A stretch of DNA of 64,000 bases from an uncultured delta proteobacterium (lineage in GTDB: Bacteria > Desulfobacterota > Syntrophia > Syntrophales > UBA5619): NCBI GenBank assembly GCA_963817385.1, contig CAWFOM010000001.1, positions 256,001-320,000 of the forward strand, read 5' to 3'. The notes beneath the pieces were generated by a model, which worked only from the letters and a program-made list of their open reading frames with translations, was not told where the DNA came from and ran no database searches. This document shows, piece by piece, positions 27,999 through 36,977 of this stretch. Each line of letters starts with the position of its first letter. The first letter of the stretch is position 1. Both the position numbers and the translations under genes were made by a program.

Positions 27999-30539
27999 AT
28001 GGGTGATGACCTTGGCAAGATACTAGGCATTTCAGAAACCGAGGCGGCCCTGAGGCTCAAAGCGGACGGGTATAATGAGCTTCCTTCTTCAAAAAAACGA
28101 AGTATCTTTGCTATTGCCAAAGAAGTGGTTTCCGAGCCGATGTTCCTTCTTCTGGTGGCGGGGGGAGCCATCTATATGATTCTGGGTGATCTACAAGAGG
28201 CCCTGATGCTCCTTGGGTTTGTTTTCATTGTCATGGGCATCACTCTTTATCAGGAACGGAAGACGGAACGGGCCTTGGAGGCATTGAAGGATCTCTCAAG
28301 CCCCCGGGCTTTGGTCATAAGGGATGGGGTAAAGAAGCGGATACCCGGCCGAGACGTTGTGAGAGGCGATAGCATCGTTCTTTCAGAGGGTGATCGGATT
28401 CCGGCAGACGGGGTCCTGACTTCCTGCCTGAACCTGTCGGTAGATGAGTCCCTCCTCACCGGTGAATCCGTGCCGGTTCGGAAAGTTTCTGACGATGGGC
28501 CAAAGGCAATGCTGCCGCCGGGGGGAGACGATCTGTCTTCGGTCTATTCAGGGACCCTCGTGGTACAGGGGGTCGGGATCGCTGAAGTCCAGGCGACAGG
28601 AATGAACACCGAAATCGGCAAGATTGGAAAAGCCCTTAAAACCATTGAGCAGGAACAAACCCGCATACAGGTAGAAACCAGAAGACTCGTGCGTACCCTC
28701 GCAATCCTGGGGGTGTCATTGTTTGCGGTGGTGGTAATCGTCTATGGGATTACGAGAAATGACTGGCTAAACGGTTTTCTGGCCGGCATTACCCTGGCGA
28801 TGGCTATGCTCCCTGAGGAATTTCCTGTTGTTCTTACCATTTTCCTTGCCTTGGGAGCTTGGCGCATTTCCCAGAAGAGAGTCCTTACCCGTCGCGTTCC
28901 CGCTGTGGAAACACTTGGCTCAGCAACTGTTTTGGGTGTCGATAAAACAGGGACTTTAACTATAAACCGCATGACCGTTAAAAGGATTACGGTCAATGGA
29001 GAGTCTCTTGATATCGATAAACGCGAGGATGCTCTCCCGGAACGCTTTCACGAAATTGTTGAGTTCGGCATATTGGCAAGCCAGACGGCCCCTTTTGACC
29101 CCATGGAAAGAGCATTAAAGGAACTCGGAACCAATGCTCTTTCAGGCACCGAACATATTCGTGACACTTGGACCCTCGTGCGGGAATATCCTCTAACGAG
29201 AAAAATGCTGGCAATGTCTCGCGCCTGGAAATCTCCGGAAAGCGGGAACTATATCGTTGCCACAAAAGGGGCTCCGGAGACTATTTTTGATATATGTCAT
29301 CTGGATCGGGAACGACTGAGGGAGCTTTCAAGCCAGGTTAACGCCATGGCAAAGGAGGGATTAAGGGTAATCGGGATTGCCAAGGCCAATTCCCCGCAAA
29401 TTGAACTTCCTGCTGAGCAGCACGATTTTACTTTTGAGTTCCTGGGGCTGGTTGGGCTGGCAGATCCCGTTAGGCCGGGTGTCGCTGAGGCTGTCAAGGA
29501 ATGTTATGCCGCCGGCATAAAGATTGTTATGATCACTGGCGATTACCCCGTCACCGCGCAGAATATCGCTCGTCAAATCGGGCTGAAGGATCCCGATCAG
29601 GTGGTCACTGGGGCTGACCTCGAAAAAATGAGCCCATCAGAGCTACAAGAGCGGATCAAGAGCGTTTCCGTCTTTGCCCGCGTAGTCCCCGAGCAGAAAC
29701 TCCTCCTGGTAAATGCCTACAAAGCCAACGGCGAAGTCGTTGCCATGACAGGGGATGGCGTCAACGATGCCGCCGCCTTAAAGTCGGCCCATATCGGCAT
29801 AGCCATGGGGGGCCGGGGCACGGATGTCGCTCGCGAGGCTTCTGCGCTCGTCCTCCTTGACGATGATTTTTCCTCGATTGTGGAGGCGGTGAAGATGGGG
29901 AGGCGGATATATGACAATTTGAAAAAGGCGATGGCCTATATTTTCGCGATCCATGTCCCCATCGCCGGGATGTCCCTGCTGCCGGTGCTTTTCAATTGGC
30001 CGCTCGTTCTCTTGCCGGTTCATATTGTTTTTCTGGAGCTGATCATCGACCCCGCCTGTTCTATCGTCTTTGAAGCAGAAAAAGAGGAGGCCGATGTGAT
30101 GAGACGCCTCCCGCGTTCGTTGGAGGAACCCCTTTTCAGCAGACAGACCATTACCTACAGTCTCCTCCAGGGGGCGAGTGTCCTTTTCATGGTCCTGGCT
30201 GTTTATCTTATCGCCATGTTCCGGGGACTGGGAGAAGCAGAGATGAGAGCGCTTAGTTTTACGACCCTCGTGGTCGCAAACCTGGGTTTGATCCTGACGA
30301 ACCGGTCCTGGTCGCGTACCGTACTTTCGATGTTTCGTATGCCAAATGCTGCGCTCACGTGGGTCCTGGGAGGAGCCATGATATTTCTGACGATAGTTCT
30401 TTATATCCCCTATGTGAAAGACCTTTTCCATTTCAGCACTTTACACCCCATTGATCTTGTGATCTGTTTGACTGCCGGAATTATTAGCATTCTGTGGTTT
30501 GAGGGATTCAAAATCCTGAAAAAAAGTCATTCCTTTTGA
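27999..30539 (+). CDS. Cation-translocating P-type ATPase (P2-type)
   Basis: TGES, PEEFP, DKTGT, TGD, GDGVND. Confidence 0.95.
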   Translation: MGDDLGKILGISETEAALRLKADGYNELPSSKKRSIFAIAKEVVSEPMFLLLVAGGAIYMILGDLQEALMLLGFVFIVMGITLYQERKTERALEALKDLSSPRALVIRDGVKKRIPGRDVVRGDSIVLSEGDRIPADGVLTSCLNLSVDESLLTGESVPVRKVSDDGPKAMLPPGGDDLSSVYSGTLVVQGVGIAEVQATGMNTEIGKIGKALKTIEQEQTRIQVETRRLVRTLAILGVSLFAVVVIVYGITRNDWLNGFLAGITLAMAMLPEEFPVVLTIFLALGAWRISQKRVLTRRVPAVETLGSATVLGVDKTGTLTINRMTVKRITVNGESLDIDKREDALPERFHEIVEFGILASQTAPFDPMERALKELGTNALSGTEHIRDTWTLVREYPLTRKMLAMSRAWKSPESGNYIVATKGAPETIFDICHLDRERLRELSSQVNAMAKEGLRVIGIAKANSPQIELPAEQHDFTFEFLGLVGLADPVRPGVAEAVKECYAAGIKIVMITGDYPVTAQNIARQIGLKDPDQVVTGADLEKMSPSELQERIKSVSVFARVVPEQKLLLVNAYKANGEVVAMTGDGVNDAAALKSAHIGIAMGGRGTDVAREASALVLLDDDFSSIVEAVKMGRRIYDNLKKAMAYIFAIHVPIAGMSLLPVLFNWPLVLLPVHIVFLELIIDPACSIVFEAEKEEADVMRRLPRSLEEPLFSRQTITYSLLQGASVLFMVLAVYLIAMFRGLGEAEMRALSFTTLVVANLGLILTNRSWSRTVLSMFRMPNAALTWVLGGAMIFLTIVLYIPYVKDLFHFSTLHPIDLVICLTAGIISILWFEGFKILKKSHSF

Positions 30540-30569
30540 AAAAATGTGGATGATAGGACGGAAATATAA

Positions 30570-31799
30570 ATGATCAGCATACCATCGACTTTCAAAATAT
30601 CGTTTCGCGCTCTTAGAGTCAATAAAATGCGCTCCGCTCTGACCATGCTTGGGATCATAATCGGCGTGGGCGCAGTGATCACGATGCTGGCCGTCGGGAC
30701 CGGGGCAAGTGAGAAGATCTCTCAGCAGATGGCAAGCATCGGCAGCAACCTCCTAATCGTCATGCCTGGAAGCAGCACCTCCGGCGGCATACGAATGGGG
30801 AGCGGAACACTATCGACATTAACACAGGACGACGCGGAGGCCATTGCCGGTGAATGCCCTGCTGTTTCCGATGTGGCCCCCATGTATAACGGCACGGCCC
30901 AGGTGGTGTATGGGAATCAGAACTGGTCGACGGGGATTATCGGAACTACACCTGGCATTTTGCCCGTTCGGGACTGGTCTCTTTTCTCCGGAAGGGCCTT
31001 CACGGATCAGGACGTGAGGAGTGCCAACAAGGTTTGTCTCCTGGGGCAGACTGTAGTGGACAGCCTCTTCGGCGACGCGAACCCAGTGGGACAGGTTGTC
31101 CGGATCAAGAAGATCCCATTTACCGTGCTTGGTGTTCTGGCGAAAAAGGGCCAAAACGATCATGGCCAGGACCAGGATGACACGATTGTAGTTCCCCTTA
31201 CCACGGCCCAGAAGAAGCTCTTCGGTGTTCCTTTCGTGGGTATGGTCCGAACGATCTCGGTGAAAGCAAAAAGTGCCGATGATCTGTTGGCAGCGGAGGG
31301 TCAGATCACTGAATTGCTCCGTCAACGCCATCACATTGGCCTTCGTCAAGAAACAGATTTTACTGTGCGCAACCTTACCCAGATGATGCAGGCCAGAGAA
31401 CAGTCAACCCAGGTCATGGGTCTCCTACTGGCGGCAATCGCATCCGTCTCTCTGTTGGTGGGGGGCATCGGAATTATGAATATTATGCTCGTCTCGGTGA
31501 CGGAAAGGACGCGTGAAATCGGTATCCGGATGTCCGTAGGGGCCAAAACGTGGGACATCAGGCTGCAGTTCATTATCGAGGCCTTGACTCTGTCCCTTAT
31601 AGGCGGCGTGGTCGGCATCATTCTCGGTATTTCGGGATCGAAGATCGTGACGCTTCTTGCCGGTTGGGCTACCATTGTTTCCCCTCTGTCGGTGCTTCTG
31701 GCTTTCGGGTTTTCGGGAGTAGTGGGTCTTTTTTTTGGCTTCTATCCTGCCTATAAGGCTTCCCTGCTTAACCCCATCGACGCACTCCACTACGAGTGA
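30570..31799 (+). CDS. MacB-like ABC transporter permease
   Basis: RSALTMLGIIIGV, GGIGIMNIMLVSVTERTREIGIR; no ATPase or adaptor gene adjacent. Confidence 0.93.
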   Translation: MISIPSTFKISFRALRVNKMRSALTMLGIIIGVGAVITMLAVGTGASEKISQQMASIGSNLLIVMPGSSTSGGIRMGSGTLSTLTQDDAEAIAGECPAVSDVAPMYNGTAQVVYGNQNWSTGIIGTTPGILPVRDWSLFSGRAFTDQDVRSANKVCLLGQTVVDSLFGDANPVGQVVRIKKIPFTVLGVLAKKGQNDHGQDQDDTIVVPLTTAQKKLFGVPFVGMVRTISVKAKSADDLLAAEGQITELLRQRHHIGLRQETDFTVRNLTQMMQAREQSTQVMGLLLAAIASVSLLVGGIGIMNIMLVSVTERTREIGIRMSVGAKTWDIRLQFIIEALTLSLIGGVVGIILGISGSKIVTLLAGWATIVSPLSVLLAFGFSGVVGLFFGFYPAYKASLLNPIDALHYE

Positions 31800-31829
31800 C
31801 GGCCCCCGGGAATCATGGTGCGGGGTATA

Positions 31830-31930
31830 GCCGGTTTGAAGACTGACCAAATGGTTCCGGAAATGAACCCGAAGCAGAAGGCTATCCTTGTTAGTGGTTT
31901 TTCAGAGATGGAGCGGGTTAAGTAGGCTCA
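31830..31930 (+). pseudogene. Receiver-domain fragment
   Basis: Translates as MNPKQKAILVSGFSEMERVK*. Confidence 0.4.
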
Positions 31931-31987
31931 CTATTTGGCCGGTCTGCCGGCCTGTTGATTTCAGGGTAGTGGAGGAATGGGGACGGT

Positions 31988-32464
31988 TCACAACTCCTCA
32001 GGCCGGGTTGCCAGGTCGATGCCCAATATTTCTCCTTTTCCCTGACTGAGTTTGGTCCCCCATACTAAGGCATGCGTTATTTTTTCTGCGATAGCAGCCA
32101 TCAGGATACACTGCACAAGTCGAGATGTGATTGAGCAATGCATTGACAAGGTACTATCCTTGAGAACAACCATCAATCCAATACGCTCCCGTGAATCGTC
32201 TGTCCTCTCCTGTTTCTGGCGATCATCCAGAATCGGACATCCCGTAATCTCGATCTTCGTCTTTAAAACGTTTTGCAATGTCGGCGATCTGATTTTCCCC
32301 AACAGCGTTATTGTCAGAGATTCGTCATTTCCTCCAGATGAAGAAAGTTTCATGGAAACCTCATTTTGATTAAAGGCATAAGATGCTTCCCAATCCTCAA
32401 CATCGATAACATATCGCTCGTTTTCGGCTTCTTTTATTTTTTTCCGCTTCTGTTTCATGATCAT
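31988..32464 (-). CDS. Hypothetical protein (distantly similar to 22027..22518)
   Basis: 158-aa ORF with AAGGAG RBS. Confidence 0.65.
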   Translation of the reverse strand: MIMKQKRKKIKEAENERYVIDVEDWEASYAFNQNEVSMKLSSSGGNDESLTITLLGKIRSPTLQNVLKTKIEITGCPILDDRQKQERTDDSRERIGLMVVLKDSTLSMHCSITSRLVQCILMAAIAEKITHALVWGTKLSQGKGEILGIDLATRPEEL

Positions 32465-33268
32465 ATCTAATTTCTCCTTATCCTGAATTCAGTTGGATTG
32501 TTATGAAACAACCACGATCGTTTCTACGCGACCGTACCCGACGCAACACCGCATTCATTGTGAAGCGGTATGTTTTGTTTTTTGGCACTGACGGTTTTAA
32601 AGTAGCAAATGACTCCACCACGGATGGATGTCCGCCATGGAAACAATCCCTTGATAGCGCGCGCAGCGCCACCACTTCCTGGCATCGGTATAAACTTCCC
32701 CTGCCCTTACGCACATGATAGAAAAAGGCGGGAGAAGTGCGGGACCAGAGAGGGGAGTCAACCGGTGTACCGCAATCTTCTCCCGCCTTGGGAGATGATG
32801 CCGTGGTGTAATGTTTTGTTGCTATGGACGGGGCAGCAGGGGTATCTATCGATGCGTCTGGATGTTTATCAGGACGTGTCTTTCATGATCTCGATCCGTC
32901 TGGTATGGAGGCGATAGTCAACGCAAGATAATTACACAAAAAGATAGAAAAGTCTGATCTGCTTTGGCATCTTCGATGTCGTGCCTAATCGTGCGGGCGC
33001 GGGCAACAGTGTGTGCCACATGCGCAACAGAGTCCAGAGGGCGCAACCCTCTGGTGGGGATCGGAAGGGGCAACGCCCCTTGCGCACCTTACTGGGTGCT
33101 ACGGATGCTACAGGGATGATCCGGGGATGATTCCTTGGGCACGAAGCAAGGGGGGCGGGTGTAAATATCCACGCATGTCAAGTAGGGTGAGGGGGTGCGC
33201 CTATATGGCGGAGCATTTTTAACAAAAATGATGAACTCCGTTACCTACTCAATCAATGGGTTCATGGA

Positions 33269-34291
33269 TCATAATTCCACAATCTCGATCCGGTTGCGGC
33301 CATTACGTTTGGCTGTGTACAGTGCGGTGTCGGCGCCTTTGATCCAATCCTCGGCCGATTGACCGGCACACTGCGCGCAAATGCCCACGCTCAATGTCAC
33401 CTTTTGATCCTGCAGCAGGGGGGCCTGCTCGACACGCAAGCGCAGATCTTCCGCCAACGCGACGGCTTCTGCCGTATTGGTCTCAAGCAACAGGATCATA
33501 AACTCCTCACCGCCTATTCGGAACAACTGATCCACCTTGCGTTTTCGACCATCGATGACTTCCACCATTTGGCACAACACTCGGTCACCGATGTCATGGC
33601 CCAAGCGATCGTTGATTGCCTTAAAGTGGTCAATGTCGATTATAAGTATCGCGTTGTTTGGCGCACGACGTCGCCCTTGTTCAACCACATATTCAAGTGT
33701 TTGTTGCATCCGGCGGCGATTGAATGCACCAGTCAGCGGGTCGGTGATAGCCTGCCGAATCAGCGCCTCCTGCAATTCAACCATAACGTTGAGCACGATG
33801 TTGATCATCATGATCGTCAGCAGCAGTGTCGCAAAGACACGGGCCGACAGGTCACGATCGACCCAGTACGCCACAGACAGGGTCAGCGTGACGAGAATGC
33901 CCAGGCTAAACAGTAATGCCAGGCGTCGCGACAGGACGAAGTAGCAGATAAGTACCAGCGGGTAGCCCCAGAGCGCGCCTATGATCCCTTGCCGCATCAC
34001 GGCAGCGAACACGCCTGCAAGCAGCATTAGCACCACCACACCAAATGATACCGGCGGTGGATTGCCCTGTCGCAACGCAAGCACATCCGCCAGCAGCACG
34101 GCCTGGGCGAACAGGATAATCAGACCGACTTCGTAGCGACCCTGCATCAGGTTGTTGGCCGCAAAAATGGTCAGCAGCACCAGTGCAGTCAGGCCGGTCG
34201 GGATCACGATGCGGTTGCGGTAACTCGCCATCACATCGTTTTCGCTGAGCAGGAACTTGCGCAACCAATTGAAAAGAAGTTTATGTTTCAT
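33269..34291 (-). CDS. Membrane-bound diguanylate cyclase (GGDEF)
   Basis: TM N-terminus; TDPLTGAFNRR, DIDHFK, RIGGEEF, AKRNGRN. Confidence 0.95.
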   Translation of the reverse strand: MKHKLLFNWLRKFLLSENDVMASYRNRIVIPTGLTALVLLTIFAANNLMQGRYEVGLIILFAQAVLLADVLALRQGNPPPVSFGVVVLMLLAGVFAAVMRQGIIGALWGYPLVLICYFVLSRRLALLFSLGILVTLTLSVAYWVDRDLSARVFATLLLTIMMINIVLNVMVELQEALIRQAITDPLTGAFNRRRMQQTLEYVVEQGRRRAPNNAILIIDIDHFKAINDRLGHDIGDRVLCQMVEVIDGRKRKVDQLFRIGGEEFMILLLETNTAEAVALAEDLRLRVEQAPLLQDQKVTLSVGICAQCAGQSAEDWIKGADTALYTAKRNGRNRIEIVEL

Positions 34292-34393
34292 GGTAGAAGC
34301 AATTGAATTGCCAACACAAAATATGGCGTACGGTATCGGTGCTGATGGAAGATGCTTATGCGGTTGGTCAATCTCCGAAACGCTCCTTTCCCG

Positions 34394-34867
34394 TTAACCT
34401 GTATTGTCCTTAATGCAGACATCCACCGCAAATGAACCATCGACTGTAGTGAAGGGAATCACGATGCTCGAAGTACCGAGCATGTGCTCAATGATGTGAT
34501 CTTTCCCCGTTACTACGGAAGGGAGCGATGCGGAGATCGTCATCTGTTCGCTTTGGAGTCTCTTTCTGGCATCACCGGAAATCATGTTCGTTAACTCACC
34601 CACAGCGTCTTCAATATCTCTGGTAATGGTGGAGAACTCTTCACCGAGCATGTTGGACACAATTTTCAGGATACACTTCTCAGAAAAACTTACCGCCAAT
34701 GACCCCACCACGGATCCAGTAAATCCTATGATGCCTGACACATCACCGCATGCAGTATCACTCTTCTTCAGGTAAGGTCCTCCGGCCGAGGAATCGATAA
34801 ATGCCATCGTTTTTATGACGTTAACGGTACTATCAACAAAGGCATTGATCATTTTGGCGTTCATCAT
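34394..34867 (-). CDS. cheX: Chemotaxis phosphatase CheX
   Basis: DVSGIIGFTG, DAVGELTNMISG (ExxN). Confidence 0.92.
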   Translation of the reverse strand: MMNAKMINAFVDSTVNVIKTMAFIDSSAGGPYLKKSDTACGDVSGIIGFTGSVVGSLAVSFSEKCILKIVSNMLGEEFSTITRDIEDAVGELTNMISGDARKRLQSEQMTISASLPSVVTGKDHIIEHMLGTSSIVIPFTTVDGSFAVDVCIKDNTG

Positions 34868-34885
34868 TCACCTGTTTCTTGAAGT

Positions 34886-35278
34886 TCAATTGTCGTGCGG
34901 TGCATATTCCAGAAGCTTTTCGATCTTTTCCAGGAGACCTTTCGAAGTGAACGGCTTGGTCAGGAAATCACTGACGCCATGGGCGAACGCAACATCTCTG
35001 CTCACGTCAAGTGCTTCTACGGTCAGCATGAGAAAATGTGTTGAACCGATCTCATCATCCTCTCTGACTTTTTTGAGAAGTTCTATCCCCGTCATCCCCA
35101 GCATATTCCAGTCCGAGATGATTAGGGCAACCTTTTTAGCTTTTGCAATGGTGAACGCCGAGGATCCGTCGTCAGCCTCGACGATGTTCCGATATCCGGC
35201 ATGTTCCAGTATATGCCTAATGACAGTTCGCATGGGTTCGTTATCATCAACGATTAAGATCATCCCGTTATTCGTCAT
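34886..35278 (-). CDS. CheY-like single-domain response regulator
   Basis: LIVDD, ISDWNM, MLT, KPF. Confidence 0.9.
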   Translation of the reverse strand: MTNNGMILIVDDNEPMRTVIRHILEHAGYRNIVEADDGSSAFTIAKAKKVALIISDWNMLGMTGIELLKKVREDDEIGSTHFLMLTVEALDVSRDVAFAHGVSDFLTKPFTSKGLLEKIEKLLEYAPHDN

Positions 35279-35344
35279 GATATCTCAACTCCTTACAGTA
35301 TCTCCTGCACCGTCTTTAGCCCTGGATCCACTATATTAAGATCT

Positions 35345-35550
35345 TTATCCTTTTTCAGTCGTAGTGCCAAATATGGCCGTTCGTTCCCCGGTAATCACCC
35401 TCTCCAATGTCGCCATGTCAAACCGCCAAGATTTTCCTATCTTGATACCTGGCAATTTACCCTCCGAAGCCAAATGACACACGGTGGGTTCAGTCAGACG
35501 GAGGGCTCCGCAACTTCTTTAACCGTCACCAAACGAATCATCTCCGGCAT
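35345..35550 (-). CDS. Excisionase-like HTH_17 DNA-binding protein (one frameshift; absent from the ORF track)
   Basis: Manual translation MPEMIRLVTVKEVAE/LRLTEPTVCHLASEGKLPGIKIGKSWRFD. Confidence 0.75.
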
Positions 35551-36021
35551 CTCTTCTCCATCTCTTAAGAATCGAAAAAAATGGGAAACCGACTATAAAC
35601 AAAGAAAATTCTCAGATCTATTTTATATATCGGGAAAAGCGTCAACAATCTTTAGAATACGGGATGAATAGCATGCGGCGATAGCAATCAACATACTACG
35701 GGCTGGAGTGCGTGGCAACGCGCACATAAGCACCACCACCCGCACGCGTCGTGTATCGGCGAGGAGGAGGGCGGAGCGGGCATGGGGGGTGGGGTCAAAT
35801 ATCGGCAGGAATCCAGATAGGTGGAGGTGGGCACTCTTATGGCGAGCAAATTTTTTCAAAAAATCGGTCACCTGAGTTTCCACAGGGGTACAAACCGAAA
35901 GGCATTTCGCGAGAAATCTTTATACCCCTACCCTTTCCTCTCACATTGGATCGGTTAAGGCATAGTGAATGGCGTACCCTGCGATGCACATTTCACCTTG
36001 TGTTCTTATGGATCGAAGAAT

Positions 36022-36312
36022 GTTGTAAACTACCCTGGGACGCCGGGGTAAAATGGGAGGAGTGAATCTGTGTTTCACCTGATGCCAGAGAGCATGAGTT
36101 GTAGAGTAGATCCTCCTTCCACTGCTTTGTTCATAACTCGTACGGTATCATAAACCTTCCCAGATGGGAATGAGTTTGCACTTGCAAGGTTGATTAGAAC
36201 GAAGCTTTTTTATCAAAGGTGATTTTTTGGGGGGGTATTTATATGTCAGTATCGGTTCTTGGGATAGATATTGCGAAACAGAAGTTCGACGCCGCACTTC
36301 TTTCAGACGGGA
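36022..36312 (+). mobile_element. Truncated second IS110 (left end with bridge-RNA-like stems plus first ~23 codons); left boundary approximate
   Basis: MSVSVLGIDIAKQKFDAALL is an IS110 N-terminus; upstream stems 36054-36121 and ~36124-36204; ACGGTATC donor-guide-like octamer at 36142. Confidence 0.65.
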
Positions 36313-36767
36313 TTGAAAAGCAGTGGTATCGCCTGTGGACAAGAAAGCGATTGCACAGCGACATGCAGGCCGACTACTTCCCTCTTCCGGAAGATTCCGA
36401 GTTATACCAGGCGCTCAAATGGCAGTGGGAGCACCGCGACAAAAGATCCTCCTATGTCTTCGCGAATCCGGATGACGGGCAGAAGTTTGTTCAGCGTAAC
36501 AAGTTTATGAAAGGTCTCTGCAAGCGTGCGGGTGTCAAGCCGTTCGGGATCAAGGCATTCCGGAAGTTCGGACCCTCGGTGCTGAACGATATTCACCGGG
36601 TCAGTATCAAGAAGCTGCAAAGGTTATTGAGACACCAGAATCAGTCAACGACAGAAATATATCTGAAGAAGATTGACGATGATTTGTCGGTAGGCTTGAG
36701 GCTTCTTGAACAAAGGGACACCCACCGGGACACACAAGTAAATAAGGGGCAAACCGCAATCGGTTAA
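36313..36767 (+). pseudogene. C-terminal fragment of a tyrosine integrase
   Basis: YVF..LCKRAGVKPFGIKAFRK..QRLLRHQNQSTTEIYL; N-terminal half including the first catalytic Arg is absent; abuts the tRNA att. Confidence 0.85.
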
Positions 36768-36781
36768 CCCCTTGATATACT

Positions 36782-36856
36782 TGGTAGTCCCACGGGGGCT
36801 TGAACCCCGGTTTCCGGCGTGAGAGGCCAGCGTCCTAACCACTAGACGATGGGACC
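36782..36856 (-). tRNA. tRNA-Glu (anticodon CTC)
   Basis: GGTCCCATCGTCTAGTGGTTAGGACGCTGGCCTCTCACGCCGGAAACCGGGGTTCAAGCCCCCGTGGGACTACCA folds as a cloverleaf with encoded CCA. Confidence 0.97.
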
Positions 36857-36977
36857 GTATGTGGAGCTTCGTTAATTAATGAATGGCGCCGTAAATGTCA
36901 AGGTCTAAATCGGACCGATTCATTTCCCCAGGCGCAAATAGGCCGGCAGTGGGAAGGCGAAGAAAGCAGCCTTCCCG

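Larger units (their letters stand above)
22696..36827. mobile_element. Genomic island (~14 kb) integrated in tRNA-Glu(CTC)
   Basis: 46-bp direct repeats, integrase remnant beside the tRNA, excisionase-like gene, visibly more AT-rich than the downstream core genes. Confidence 0.9.
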
